The position numbers were made by a program, and so were the translations under genes. The notes under the pieces are model-generated. The model was not told the DNA's origin and ran no database searches. It was given only the letters and a program-made list of their open reading frames with translations. Shown here in pieces: positions 29,486-39,324 of a stretch of DNA of 39,465 nt. Each line of letters starts with the position of its first letter. Position 1 is the first letter of the stretch. The stretch spans positions 1 through 39,465 of the forward strand of contig JBNKUM010000063.1 of assembly GCA_050298595.1 (NCBI GenBank), given 5' to 3'. Source of the DNA: Gammaproteobacteria bacterium. GTDB taxonomy: Bacteria; Pseudomonadota; Gammaproteobacteria; GCA-001735895.

Positions 29486-29566
29486 GTGGTGATATCAGGT
29501 ATATGGAGACCTACACCACCTCTGGTAATCATTTGGCTCAAGATGGATGATCTTGAAGCCTAAAAA

Positions 29567-29642
<76 letters not shown>

Positions 29643-29682
29643 ATTGTAGCCTTTCTGAATAGAAGGGCAAAAACGAGACGAG

Positions 29683-29711
29683 ATTCTAGTGGGTTTAAAA
29701 CAAGTTATCAA
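29683..29711 (-). promoter_or_regulatory. Sigma-70 promoter for tRNA-Thr
   Basis: Minus strand TTGATA-N17-TAGAAT, ~40 nt upstream of the tRNA. Confidence 0.65.
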
Positions 29712-29715
29712 GCCC

Positions 29716-30408
29716 TTAAAGCAGATTCTCTAGCTCACATTGTCGAGATATGCGGGATATCCCATACTCGCTTCTTAACTGTTCTACTAGCAAGCTAAGA
29801 TTTTCGTTTTCCTCTTGTGAGTAATCTAGCCAGTAGATGGTCTGATTTCGATAGCGTGCCTCGGTTTTCACCTCATATCCCATCGCTTCAATTCGACTTT
29901 TGAGCCTGTCTGCATTCTTCTTCAGTGCGTAAACCCCAAGTGAGATTACATTGGTTTTATTCTCATCATTGACAATAATTAAGTCATGCACGCCTTTTTC
30001 TTTCAAGGCTTCGGATGTTTTAATAGCCTGCGCTCGGCTACTATGACCATCAATATAAACCATCATGCCCAGGTATCCCTTCTCGATACTGGAACGTGTT
30101 GTGATTGGGATGTTCTGCTGTTTATATATACTGGCTGTCTGCTGGGCCATTTTCTGCTTCTTAAATGGGCCAAGTGTGTAGCACAACGGTGCACTAATTT
30201 CGGCATTGCGTTTATCGGCAATAGCTGGTGTATCATCCTGCGGCTCTAACTGTTGCTCGGAACTTGTATATGGTTCATCAAGTAACTTGAGTTGTTCCGC
30301 AAGGGCTGTTGTTCTCGCCTGAGGCATTAGCTGTTCATAAGGTACCAGCCACTGAAAAACAGCGAAGACGATATTGGTAAGCAGTAGCAGGGTAAAAAAC
30401 ACTTTCAT
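29716..30408 (-). CDS. SPOR-domain protein
   Basis: N-terminal TM, CYTLGPF and ISLGVY...NA; this protein type commonly follows coaX. Confidence 0.8.
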   Translation of the reverse strand: MKVFFTLLLLTNIVFAVFQWLVPYEQLMPQARTTALAEQLKLLDEPYTSSEQQLEPQDDTPAIADKRNAEISAPLCYTLGPFKKQKMAQQTASIYKQQNIPITTRSSIEKGYLGMMVYIDGHSSRAQAIKTSEALKEKGVHDLIIVNDENKTNVISLGVYALKKNADRLKSRIEAMGYEVKTEARYRNQTIYWLDYSQEENENLSLLVEQLRSEYGISRISRQCELENLL

Positions 30409-30416
30409 CCAGAGTA

Positions 30417-31160
30417 TTATCCTTGTAACTCAATATGTTGCAACATCCCCTGAAATACCAGATCAGATACTATTTCGTGAGGTCGGTTTAATTGCTCACT
30501 AATTAGTGGGGCATCCTGGCCACAAAGCAGTATCTTTACAGGCTCCTGTAGTAGACCGATCCACTCTTCGACCAGTTGATTGATTCGTGCCAGGGTAATG
30601 GGAAACTGCACCATCTGGATACAGGCTTCGCTCGTTCGCCCTGGCAATTTATTGTTCGATATATCGGGATGCTTGAAATCCACCCTGGGAAACATGCTGA
30701 TAAATCGCTGTTGACCGGTGTTAAATCCTGGCAATATCGCGCCGCCCAGATGGCTGTGCTTACGAGATAACAGGTCTATGGTAATAGCACTACCGGCATC
30801 TATGATGATAACATCAGTTTTCTCTCTAACATCTGCTGCCAGCAGGGTGAGCCAACGATCCACACCCAGTCGAGTATAGTCATAGTAGGCATTTGTGACC
30901 TGAGCTAACTTTAGCTGGGAAAATATCTGAGATATCTGTGCAAGCGGCAGGTTATGCTGTAACTCAAGCATAACCGTATCGGTCATTTGTTCGCTGGCGA
31001 CACTGGAGAGATAGATCTCTCTGGGCTGGTGTAATTTGAGATATTCTCGAAATGCCCTTACCCCCAGAGATTGAGTAAGGATAAAGCTATTGTCCCGGGT
31101 CTTATCCTGTTCGATCAGGCGGCATTTGGTCGCACTGTTTCCGCAATCAATCAACAGCAT
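30417..31160 (-). CDS. coaX: Type III pantothenate kinase
   Basis: MLLIDCGNS, LGVDRW, IDAGSAITID and HLGGAILPG. The ATG at 31160 overlaps the birA end. Confidence 0.92.
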   Translation of the reverse strand: MLLIDCGNSATKCRLIEQDKTRDNSFILTQSLGVRAFREYLKLHQPREIYLSSVASEQMTDTVMLELQHNLPLAQISQIFSQLKLAQVTNAYYDYTRLGVDRWLTLLAADVREKTDVIIIDAGSAITIDLLSRKHSHLGGAILPGFNTGQQRFISMFPRVDFKHPDISNNKLPGRTSEACIQMVQFPITLARINQLVEEWIGLLQEPVKILLCGQDAPLISEQLNRPHEIVSDLVFQGMLQHIELQG

Positions 31161-31965
31161 GCTGTAGGGTCTCGCGTATTGATATCTCTGCCGCAGCAAA
31201 AGATCGAACTCCGTCTAGCAGGCTCACACATACCTGTCCATCAGCCTGCAACCCTGCATATTGCCCCAGAATATCTTCATTCAGGGTTTTGACAACAACA
31301 GTCTTATCGATGAGGTAATCATATTCCTTAAAGCGTTCCAATAAGGCTTTCGCCTGAGCGGGTTCAAATTCGCGTACCGAATGAAATACCCGACTGATCA
31401 AACTTGTTACCAATTGCAGAAGATCACAGTCGATGTTTTTAACCTGATTGAGCGCTGTAGCCGGCTGATCGATCTTTTCCAGCTCATCATCATCCAGAAC
31501 CAGATTCAACCCTATTCCAATCACCAGATAAAATTCATTAGCTGCTATGGCGCGGGTTTCAATCAGTATGCCGCCAAGCTTCTTTCCATTCATCAGCACG
31601 TCGTTAGGCCATTTCAATCTCACCGCTGTAAAACCGGCCTGATGCAGTACATCAGCAATACTGACGCCTACCAATAGAGATATTAGCCCTAGATATTCCG
31701 CAGTTAAGGATTTGCTTAGTCCGATAGAGCAATACAGATTTTGTCGCTGAGGTGAGTGCCATGGCTTACCGCGCCGTCCACGTCCCTGTGTTTGATGTTC
31801 ACTGATAACGACTAATCCATCGCTACCCATTTGCATGCATTGCCTATTGGTTGAGTCACAGCTATTCAGGTATACCAGTTTCAGTTCATATTGCGGCAAT
31901 AGTCTCGCAAGCTCATCAGTTAACCGTTTCTGATCAAAAAGTGAAACCCCAGATGACAGGGACAT
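31147..31965 (-). CDS. birA: Biotin-protein ligase (no N-terminal HTH)
   Basis: DSTN, QTQGRGRRG, KWPND, KKLGGIL and IGIGLN. The likely ATG at 31965 is 1 nt after the M61 stop. Confidence 0.93.
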   Translation of the reverse strand: MSLSSGVSLFDQKRLTDELARLLPQYELKLVYLNSCDSTNRQCMQMGSDGLVVISEHQTQGRGRRGKPWHSPQRQNLYCSIGLSKSLTAEYLGLISLLVGVSIADVLHQAGFTAVRLKWPNDVLMNGKKLGGILIETRAIAANEFYLVIGIGLNLVLDDDELEKIDQPATALNQVKNIDCDLLQLVTSLISRVFHSVREFEPAQAKALLERFKEYDYLIDKTVVVKTLNEDILGQYAGLQADGQVCVSLLDGVRSFAAAEISIRETLQHAVD

Positions 31966-31966
31966 A

Positions 31967-33757
31967 TTAACGGTCACCGCCTAACCAGCTTTGCAATGCC
32001 GCACATGCAGGATCAGTCATTGACAGTACAGCAGTATCTTTATCAGATTTGCGTAATCGTACTTCAAATGACATCAGTTCATCACGACGAAAGGCATGTA
32101 ATTGATGGTGCTTTTCCAGTTCTGCAGATGCCAGCCAGCTCTGATACCACTTGAGCGAAGCCTTGACACCATTAATGGCAATAATTAAATCACCCGCCGA
32201 TAGTCCTGCAAGTTGAGCAGCACCCTGTTCAGACACAGATACTACCTGTAATCCGCCTTCGGCTTCGTTTAACATAGCATCCAATGTCAGCAGCGGTATG
32301 TCTGTGGCTTCTTTGCCGCCTTTATCCTGCAGCCCTGATCTTGGACGATAAAGCAGTGCAACAGACATATTTGAGAGTAACTCTTCCAGAGGGAGTTCTT
32401 CGGTTTGCTCGATCATACTATCCAGAAAATCACTCAGATCAATACCAGCAACCTCACTCACAAGTGACTGAATTTGCTTTTCTTCCACGCCCGAACCTTT
32501 TTCCAGGTAATCAGCCCATAACAGGCGCATCACATCGTCCAGCGAGCGTTCTCCACTACTGAGCAGCCTGATTTTGAGATCTATACATAAAGCAATAAGG
32601 CTGCCTTTGGCATAATAACTAACAATGGCATTGGCTGAGTTTTCATCCTGTTTATAGAATTTATTCCAGGCATTAAAACTGGACTCAGTTGCTGACTGGC
32701 GCGTACGCCCCAGACCACGTTGCACACGGGTGATGGTTTGCCCGAGCAATTCCAGATATTGCTGTTGAGATATTCGGCCACTGCGTACCAGTGCCAGATC
32801 ATCATAATAAGAGGTAATACCTTCAAATGCCCATAATAAAGGGGTGTAAACTTCAGTGGATAAATCTGGCTCTACAAAAACCTGCGGGCGTATACGTTTT
32901 ACATTCCAGCTATGAAAATACTCATGGCTACATAAGCCAAGAAAACTCCGATATTCTTCTGAACTGTCCAGTTGACCCGGTTGTGGTAAATCGTAGCGCG
33001 TGCATAGCAGGCTGGTACTATTTCTATGCTCCAGCCCTCCATAGCCCTCACCAACCACCATCACCAGAAACATATAGCGCGGCATTGGCGCTGGTTCTCC
33101 AAACATTTGGATCTGCTGAGCACAGATTTTGCTTAAGTCTTCCTTCAGGCGCTCATAATCACATGTGAACTTACCAGTTAGAATCACGTCATGACGCACA
33201 CCACATGCCTCAAAATAAGTTTGTTCAAAATTCCCCATTTCTACAGGATGATCGATCAATTCCTGATAGTCTTCTGCTTCGAATCGTCCGAAGCCAAAGT
33301 CATCACCCAATGTACGAGGCAAAGTGGTGGCAAGTTTCCAGTCTTTGCATTCTGATTGCTGTGGCGGAATGATTTCTAGCTGGCATGGAGTATCTGATTG
33401 ACCGATAACCTCAACAAACACACTGGTTCCATTAAAAAAACCATGCGTAGTATCCAGATGAGCACCTCGCACTGAGAGATCCCAGGCATAAACCTTATAG
33501 CTGATGGTGACTGGCCCCTGTGTAGTAGCAGGGAGTTGCCAGCTGGATTTATCCATCTGCAGCAGTTCTAGAGTGCCCAGTGCATCGTATGCCTTTAGCT
33601 CAAGGATATTTTTTGAGAAATCCCGGATCATATAACTGCCGGGAATCCAGGCTGGCAATCTTATTACCTGGCCGGAGGGATCGGGTTTATCAATGCTTAC
33701 GGTGACATCAAAATAATGTCCGGCAGGATTTTCACTGCCAATCTGGTATCGGATCAT
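31967..33757 (-). CDS. M61-family (glycyl) aminopeptidase with a PDZ domain
   Basis: PAWIPGSY, GGLEH, HEYFHSWNVKRIRP, EGITSYY, SYYAKG and a C-terminal PDZ (AGLSAGD.IIAING). Confidence 0.93.
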   Translation of the reverse strand: MIRYQIGSENPAGHYFDVTVSIDKPDPSGQVIRLPAWIPGSYMIRDFSKNILELKAYDALGTLELLQMDKSSWQLPATTQGPVTISYKVYAWDLSVRGAHLDTTHGFFNGTSVFVEVIGQSDTPCQLEIIPPQQSECKDWKLATTLPRTLGDDFGFGRFEAEDYQELIDHPVEMGNFEQTYFEACGVRHDVILTGKFTCDYERLKEDLSKICAQQIQMFGEPAPMPRYMFLVMVVGEGYGGLEHRNSTSLLCTRYDLPQPGQLDSSEEYRSFLGLCSHEYFHSWNVKRIRPQVFVEPDLSTEVYTPLLWAFEGITSYYDDLALVRSGRISQQQYLELLGQTITRVQRGLGRTRQSATESSFNAWNKFYKQDENSANAIVSYYAKGSLIALCIDLKIRLLSSGERSLDDVMRLLWADYLEKGSGVEEKQIQSLVSEVAGIDLSDFLDSMIEQTEELPLEELLSNMSVALLYRPRSGLQDKGGKEATDIPLLTLDAMLNEAEGGLQVVSVSEQGAAQLAGLSAGDLIIAINGVKASLKWYQSWLASAELEKHHQLHAFRRDELMSFEVRLRKSDKDTAVLSMTDPACAALQSWLGGDR

Positions 33758-34428
33758 CAGGGTAGGTTCTGGTCTATAAATTGTTCAAAATCTTTTGCGT
33801 GAATAATCTGGGTGCCGTCACAGTTGAACTGCAGTCGAACAACCGACTGTACGATGGAGATAGAAAAGTTTCGAAGGTAGTACTCAGGTAGATTTCGCAT
33901 CACCGGAATTTTTTCGAGGACCTTGCGAACTTGCGCTTTTTTCATTGGCTTCCACACTTCATGCCGGTGCATAGTCAGATTTTGTAAATGCGCAGGTAAG
34001 TAGCCATAGATATCAGAGCGCATGACGGCCTTATACAGCTGTCGCATGACCTCTGTTTTTTTCTTATATGGAATTTTAGGAAAATGTCGCTCAATATATT
34101 CAACATTAACCAGCGAACCGGCATCATGAATTTCTTCTCGTAGCGGATCAAAGATTGAGCATGTGCGGACTTCACTATTATTAAAACCGATAAACAGCCG
34201 AAAGATACCTCGTTCTAGCAACATGTCTGAAAAAACCGGTTGAATCACCTGGAAAATCCGATCGATTTCACTTTCGTAGCGACAGCGATTCATCGCCGTT
34301 TCACGTAGTGAAGGGTCGCCCTTGATACCTATCTGTAGCTGATTGGGGTTCAGGCCCACAGCGCTGAGAATATTTTCCTCTAGTACCTGTCGTTCCAGCG
34401 CAATGTTATCTAACTGAATTTTTTCCAC
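33757..34428 (-). CDS. Hypothetical cytoplasmic protein (223 aa)
   Basis: Long ORF with protein-like composition and a TGATG overlap with the M61 start; no family recognised. Confidence 0.75.
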   Translation of the reverse strand: MEKIQLDNIALERQVLEENILSAVGLNPNQLQIGIKGDPSLRETAMNRCRYESEIDRIFQVIQPVFSDMLLERGIFRLFIGFNNSEVRTCSIFDPLREEIHDAGSLVNVEYIERHFPKIPYKKKTEVMRQLYKAVMRSDIYGYLPAHLQNLTMHRHEVWKPMKKAQVRKVLEKIPVMRNLPEYYLRNFSISIVQSVVRLQFNCDGTQIIHAKDFEQFIDQNLP

Positions 34429-34456
34429 TGATTAAAGTAAGTGTAAGTTATACGGG

Positions 34457-34489
34457 TTGTCATACTGTTGTCATCTCTATGCACATAAT
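34457..34489 (+). promoter_or_regulatory. Pho-box-like (OmpR/PhoB-family) direct repeat with a -10 element
   Basis: TTGTCAT-ACTG-TTGTCAT (11-bp period), followed 9 nt later by CATAAT. Confidence 0.55.
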
Positions 34490-34521
34490 AGGAGACTCCT
34501 TAAACCAAAGAGTATACATAA

Positions 34522-34686
34522 ATGAATGAAATAGCGATCCAACAGTTTGTCAAAGAGACTGAAGAATATATCCGACTTTACCGTAAAAATATGGACCAGC
34601 GTGAACTGGACAGTGTATCAGAACTTTATGATGATCTGACCGCTGAACTTCAACGGCAGAGATTGTTTGACGAGCTTTATAACTAG
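34522..34686 (+). CDS. Small hypothetical protein (54 aa), not in the ORF track
   Basis: MNEIAIQQFVKETEEYIRLYRKNMDQRELDSVSELYDDLTAELQRQRLFDELYN; promoter-like elements upstream and a hairpin plus T-run downstream. Confidence 0.6.
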   Translation: MNEIAIQQFVKETEEYIRLYRKNMDQRELDSVSELYDDLTAELQRQRLFDELYN

Positions 34687-34710
34687 CTCGTTTTCGACTA
34701 GACTTTTTTT
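34683..34710 (+). terminator. Probable intrinsic terminator after the small ORF
   Basis: CTAGCTCG-TTTT-CGACTAG imperfect stem followed by T7. Confidence 0.5.
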
Positions 34711-35112
34711 ATATCTACTGGCTTTACTGATCCTTTCAAAACTAATCCCAAGCCCTGGATTCGAGTCTGTAGCACTCCCAAACTTTCCCTCATACTGAGC
34801 TTCCTGTTTTTGTAGCTCCTCATACTCATGGGGTAATCATAAAACAACTTTCAACCTTGAATCCACAGTTGAACCCAGCTTTCAAGGCTGGTTTCAGCAG
34901 ATAAGGACTGCCCTGCAAAACATATGACCTGATTCTGTACTATAAAGTGATACCTTATATAGTGATAAAGCTGTTGAAGATATAGCAAAGGATGGTTTTG
35001 CAGTAATCGGGCAAACTTACTACCTTGCGACATTAGCATGAGCAGTAATATTGAATATAATCTGGTGGATACCTGCAACATCCAATTATCCGTTTTTAAC
35101 CGACACAGTTCT

Positions 35113-35709
35113 ATGAGCATGAAAACTGACCAATTATCATTTCTTTCCAATCACCAATCTATTCCAGCCTCCGAATTGATTGACCCAGCTCCAAATGAAC
35201 AACAATTAGATGCTATTCTGCAAGCGGCTATGAGCGCACCGGATCACGGCAACCTGAAACCGTTTCGTTTTCTCATAATTCAGGGGGATGCTCGCGCAGA
35301 GTTAAGTAAGGTATTTGAAACAGCTGCTCGCAACAAAAATCTCGATGAGGCATCGATATTAAAACAGAAGAGCAAACCCTTACGCTCTCCTATGATCATC
35401 TGCGTTGTTGCCCGAATAATCCAGTCACCCAAAATCCCGGAAATAGAGCAATTGCTTTGTGCCGGATGCGCTGCCCAACACATTCAACTGGCTTGCAGTG
35501 ACCAGGGATTTGGATCTATATGGCTTACCGGGGAAAATTGTTATGACCAGTCGGTATATCAGGCTCTGGGGCTGCAAATCAATGAACGATTGGTGGGGTT
35601 TATCTATGTAGGGAGCTTAAAGGCACCTCCAGCTAAAAAACTCAGAAGCTCTGCCAGGAATATAACTCACCCCTGGAATAAAATTGAATCAGCTGAGTTT
35701 GCAATCTAA
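35113..35709 (+). CDS. Nitroreductase family protein (YdjA-like)
   Basis: PAP...IL.AAM.APDHG.LKPFRF, K.LRSP.II, GFGSIW.TG and VGFIYVG. Start at ATG 35113 or 35119. Confidence 0.88.
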   Translation: MSMKTDQLSFLSNHQSIPASELIDPAPNEQQLDAILQAAMSAPDHGNLKPFRFLIIQGDARAELSKVFETAARNKNLDEASILKQKSKPLRSPMIICVVARIIQSPKIPEIEQLLCAGCAAQHIQLACSDQGFGSIWLTGENCYDQSVYQALGLQINERLVGFIYVGSLKAPPAKKLRSSARNITHPWNKIESAEFAI

Positions 35710-35787
35710 CTCATCATTTTTAAAATCGCCGCGACTTAGAGGCAGAAGGTTGCTCACAGACCGAGAAGACAACAAAGAGTATCAGGC

Positions 35788-35817
35788 TTGACTTATATTA
35801 GAATATGATTATATACT
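35788..35817 (+). promoter_or_regulatory. Sigma-70 promoter overlapped by an AT-rich palindromic operator
   Basis: TTGACT-N18-TATACT; the spacer contains TATATTA-GAATATGA-TTATATA, close to ATATTA-N8-TAATAT. Confidence 0.6.
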
Positions 35818-35902
35818 TTATTCCGTTAATATAAGACTCGGCCTTCAAGCGGTCAGAACAAGAAGGTCATTTTAAAATTAAAACCCATCAAAGGTGAAAT
35901 CC

Positions 35903-36535
35903 ATGAAAATAAAAACTTTAATTGCAGCCATCGCTGTAATAGCAACATCCTCTGCATCAGCTGATTTTTTCGATAATAACGGTAATGGTTACGGTAATGG
36001 TTATGGTAACTACTATGGAAACGGCGCAGGTAATGGTTACTATGACGGTCGTGGATATGGACAGGGTCGTGGTCGCGGTCGTGGAACAGGTGACGGCGAA
36101 GGCTCTTTCGACATGAACTTCAGCGCTCGTGGTCGTGGTAATACGGATATGAATGCAGACACTGACTGGAATGCTGATGGTTATAGCACGGGTAATGGTT
36201 ACGGCAACTACTACGGTGATGGACGCGGTAACTACTCAGGTAACTACTACAACCAGAATGGTTACTACGGCTCACCTTATGGCTATGGCTATGGCGCCCC
36301 ACAACAGGGTTTTGCTCCTCAGCAAGGTTACGCTCCTCAAATGTCTGCTGATCAGCAAGCATGGATGAAGCAAATGGAAGAACAACGTGCTGCAGCTATG
36401 GCTGAGCAGAAAAAGGCAATGGAAGAAGCTCGTGCACGTTACGAAACCGCTCGTGCTGAAGCTCAAAAGCAGTACGAAGCACGTATGGCAGCAGCTCAAA
36501 AAGCAGCTCCTGCCCCTGAAGCACCTGCAAAGTAA
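35903..36535 (+). CDS. Secreted Gly/Tyr/Asn-rich protein with a coiled-coil tail; sulfur globule protein-like
   Basis: Signal peptide (ASA-D), GNGYG repeats, GDGEGSFDMNFSARGRG, YGSPYGYGYGAP, then an A/E/Q/M/K-rich helix. AAGGTG RBS before ATG 35903. Confidence 0.65.
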   Translation: MKIKTLIAAIAVIATSSASADFFDNNGNGYGNGYGNYYGNGAGNGYYDGRGYGQGRGRGRGTGDGEGSFDMNFSARGRGNTDMNADTDWNADGYSTGNGYGNYYGDGRGNYSGNYYNQNGYYGSPYGYGYGAPQQGFAPQQGYAPQMSADQQAWMKQMEEQRAAAMAEQKKAMEEARARYETARAEAQKQYEARMAAAQKAAPAPEAPAK

Positions 36536-36604
36536 TTATAAGATTACTTAAGTAGCAAAACGACTTAGGAAAAATACTAAACTGATATTTATTCTAATGT
36601 GATT

Positions 36605-36640
36605 AAAAAAGCCTCGATTCATTCGAGGCTTTTTTGTTTT
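36605..36640 (+). terminator. Intrinsic (bidirectional-type) terminator
   Basis: AAAAAAGCCTCGA-TTCAT-TCGAGGCTTTTTT. Confidence 0.9.
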
Positions 36641-36731
36641 CAAAGCAATATCAACAGCTCACTAAACAGTTCCCGCATCATTCCAGTTACTGTACTATTA
36701 CGCCTTTAATTTCAGTAGTTACATTCCATCA

Positions 36732-38414
36732 ATGAGCACAGAGATCGACGATAAAAAGTCATCGGCCAACTTTATTCGTGACATCATTAATAAAGATATT
36801 AAAGCCGGTAAACACCAGAAAATTATTACCCGCTTTCCACCCGAACCCAATGGCTATCTACATATTGGTCATGCCAAGTCCATTTGCCTGAATTTTGGGA
36901 TCGCTGAAGACTATAAGGGCTTATGCAATCTTCGCTTTGATGACACAAACCCTGAAAAAGAAGAAGTTGAATATATCAATTCGATTCGTGAAGATGTCCA
37001 ATGGATGGGGTTCAAGTGGCATAGTAATCCTTCAGCGTCGGATTACTTTCAACAGCTGTATGATTATGCCGTAACCTTAATAAAAAAGGGTCTGGCCTAT
37101 GTTGATAGTCAAACGCCTGAAGAAATTAGAATTTCACGCGGCACGCTAACAGAGCCCGGACAAAACAGTCCCTATCGGGATCGCAGTGTTGAAGAAAACC
37201 TGAAACTGTTTGAAGCCATGAAAGCCGGTGAATACAAGGACGGAGAACTTGCACTACGCGCCAGGATAGATATGGCGTCACCCAATATCAATATGCGCGA
37301 CCCAGTAGTCTACCGAATTCGACATGCTACTCATCACAATACAGGGGATGAGTGGTGTATTTACCCCATGTATGATTTTACACATTGCCTTTCTGATGCC
37401 ATTGAAGGAATTACACACTCGATATGCACATTGGAGTTTGAGGATCATCGTCCGCTATACGACTGGTTTCTGGATGTCCTTGAAACTGAATCACATCCTC
37501 AACAGATAGAATTTGCGCGTCTACAGATGGAATACACCCTGACCAGTAAGCGTAAGTTAAATCAACTGGTAAAAGAAAAAATTGTTGACGCCTGGGATGA
37601 TCCTCGTATGCCGACCATTTCAGGTATGCGTAGACGCGGCTATACCCCTGAGTCGCTTCGCAATTTCAGCGACATTATAGGCGTTACCAAAAAGGACAGT
37701 ACTATCGAAATGGGAGTGCTGGAAAACTGTCTACGTGAAGATTTAAATACTCGCGCCGAACGTAGAATGGCGGTAATCGATCCCTTGAAAATAATCATTG
37801 AGAATTACCCGGAAGATAAAGTTGAGATTTTTAATGGATTAAACCATCCTCAGAATCCTGACTTTGGCACCAGAGAGATTCCTTTCAGCCGTGAAATCTA
37901 TATCGAAAGAGAAGATTTTATGGAAGATGCACCACGTAAATTTTTCCGCCTGGCCCCTGGCAGAGAGGTTCGTCTTCGTTTTGCTTACTACATTACCTGT
38001 AAGGAAGTGATAAAAGATGAAGACGGCAATATTCGAGAATTAATCTGCACCTATGATCCTGAGTCACATGGTGGTAATACTGCTGATGGTCGTAAGGTAA
38101 AAGGTACAATTCACTGGGTCAGCGCTCAGCATGCTCAAACTGCAATCGTTAGAGTTTATGATCGTTTATTTAACGTACACAACCCTTCTAAACTTGAAGA
38201 TATACATAGTGGATTAAATCCAGACTCTTTAGTTATCTATAACAATGCAAAGCTTGAACCGTCAATCCCGGCGCTGAGACAACCACTGGCCTATCAGTTT
38301 GAACGTCTTGGATATTTTATCGCAGATACTCACTCAACCACTGAGCAAATCATTTTCAATCGTACTATGTCATTGCGTGATAGCTGGGCCAAAGTTGAAA
38401 AAGAACAACCCTGA
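36732..38414 (+). CDS. glnS: Glutamine--tRNA ligase
   Basis: [49 protein letters not shown] and QFERLGYF. Confidence 0.98.
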   Translation: MSTEIDDKKSSANFIRDIINKDIKAGKHQKIITRFPPEPNGYLHIGHAKSICLNFGIAEDYKGLCNLRFDDTNPEKEEVEYINSIREDVQWMGFKWHSNPSASDYFQQLYDYAVTLIKKGLAYVDSQTPEEIRISRGTLTEPGQNSPYRDRSVEENLKLFEAMKAGEYKDGELALRARIDMASPNINMRDPVVYRIRHATHHNTGDEWCIYPMYDFTHCLSDAIEGITHSICTLEFEDHRPLYDWFLDVLETESHPQQIEFARLQMEYTLTSKRKLNQLVKEKIVDAWDDPRMPTISGMRRRGYTPESLRNFSDIIGVTKKDSTIEMGVLENCLREDLNTRAERRMAVIDPLKIIIENYPEDKVEIFNGLNHPQNPDFGTREIPFSREIYIEREDFMEDAPRKFFRLAPGREVRLRFAYYITCKEVIKDEDGNIRELICTYDPESHGGNTADGRKVKGTIHWVSAQHAQTAIVRVYDRLFNVHNPSKLEDIHSGLNPDSLVIYNNAKLEPSIPALRQPLAYQFERLGYFIADTHSTTEQIIFNRTMSLRDSWAKVEKEQP

Positions 38415-39303
38415 TAACAGCCACAAAGCTTCAAGTCATCCATTAAAATACTTCTATCGATTTTTAGCGCTCTGCCCTACCCGTTGCCTGTTTCGTCTGG
38501 CACGGGTATTGGCTTATATCGTCGAACATACAGATAATCAAGTTTCAAGACAAACCAAACAAAACATAAAATTGTGTTTTCCTGAGTTTAACTATCTCCA
38601 ACAACAGAGCCTTATAAGAGAATCAATCTTTCATACCTGCTGTGCTTTTATCGAACCTGCTTATATATGGAATCGCGAGGTCGAAAAAGTGCTGAATAAA
38701 GTTGAAATCCAACAGCTTGACAACAGTTTCAAACAATCCAAAAAAGCTCGAATTATCATAGCCCCTCATCATGGAAGTTGGGAGATACTTAGTTATTGGC
38801 TCGCACAATATGGAGAGCTTTATGCTCTTTACAAGCCAGCACGTAAGGCCTCTATAGATAACTACATTTTTGAAAAAAGAAGCCGAAATGGTGCAAGATT
38901 AGTAGCTACAAACACAGCTGGGATTCGACAGTTATTAAAAGGCATGAAGAAAAATGCAATCTGTGTCATTCTGCCAGACCAGCGCCCAGGAATAAATATG
39001 GCAAGTAGTGATTCATATTTCTTTTCTCAACCTGTACGTACTTCTTTGTTAGTTAAAAACTTAGCAAGTAAGGTTGATTGCGATATTTTTATTTGCGCAA
39101 TAACACGTGACATCAAAAAGGGGAAATATCAGCTCAAATTACAGAGTATGGATGTTTCTAAAATTCTTCAGTCTGATCAGGAGAGTGCCAATTATCTCAA
39201 TGAAGAGATCCAGGATTTTATCAGTCAGGACATCTGTCAGTATCAATGGAGCTATCGCCGTTTTACTGATGCAGCCTATCAGAAGCTTAAAGATCGGATT
39301 TAG
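38395..39303 (+). CDS. Lipid A late acyltransferase (LpxL/HtrB family); start uncertain (TTG 38395 used)
   Basis: PHHGSWE (HX4E), LYKP, ILPDQRP and QYQWSYRRF. Confidence 0.88.
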   Translation: MKKNNPDNSHKASSHPLKYFYRFLALCPTRCLFRLARVLAYIVEHTDNQVSRQTKQNIKLCFPEFNYLQQQSLIRESIFHTCCAFIEPAYIWNREVEKVLNKVEIQQLDNSFKQSKKARIIIAPHHGSWEILSYWLAQYGELYALYKPARKASIDNYIFEKRSRNGARLVATNTAGIRQLLKGMKKNAICVILPDQRPGINMASSDSYFFSQPVRTSLLVKNLASKVDCDIFICAITRDIKKGKYQLKLQSMDVSKILQSDQESANYLNEEIQDFISQDICQYQWSYRRFTDAAYQKLKDRI

Positions 39304-39324
39304 GTAATTCTTTTGAGCAGATAT

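Noticed and set aside
34851-35150. 99-aa minus-strand ORF whose frame stays open past a TGA (possible readthrough or selenoprotein)
   Set aside because: No recognisable domain, no redox-motif context and no evident SECIS; it also overlaps the nitroreductase start.
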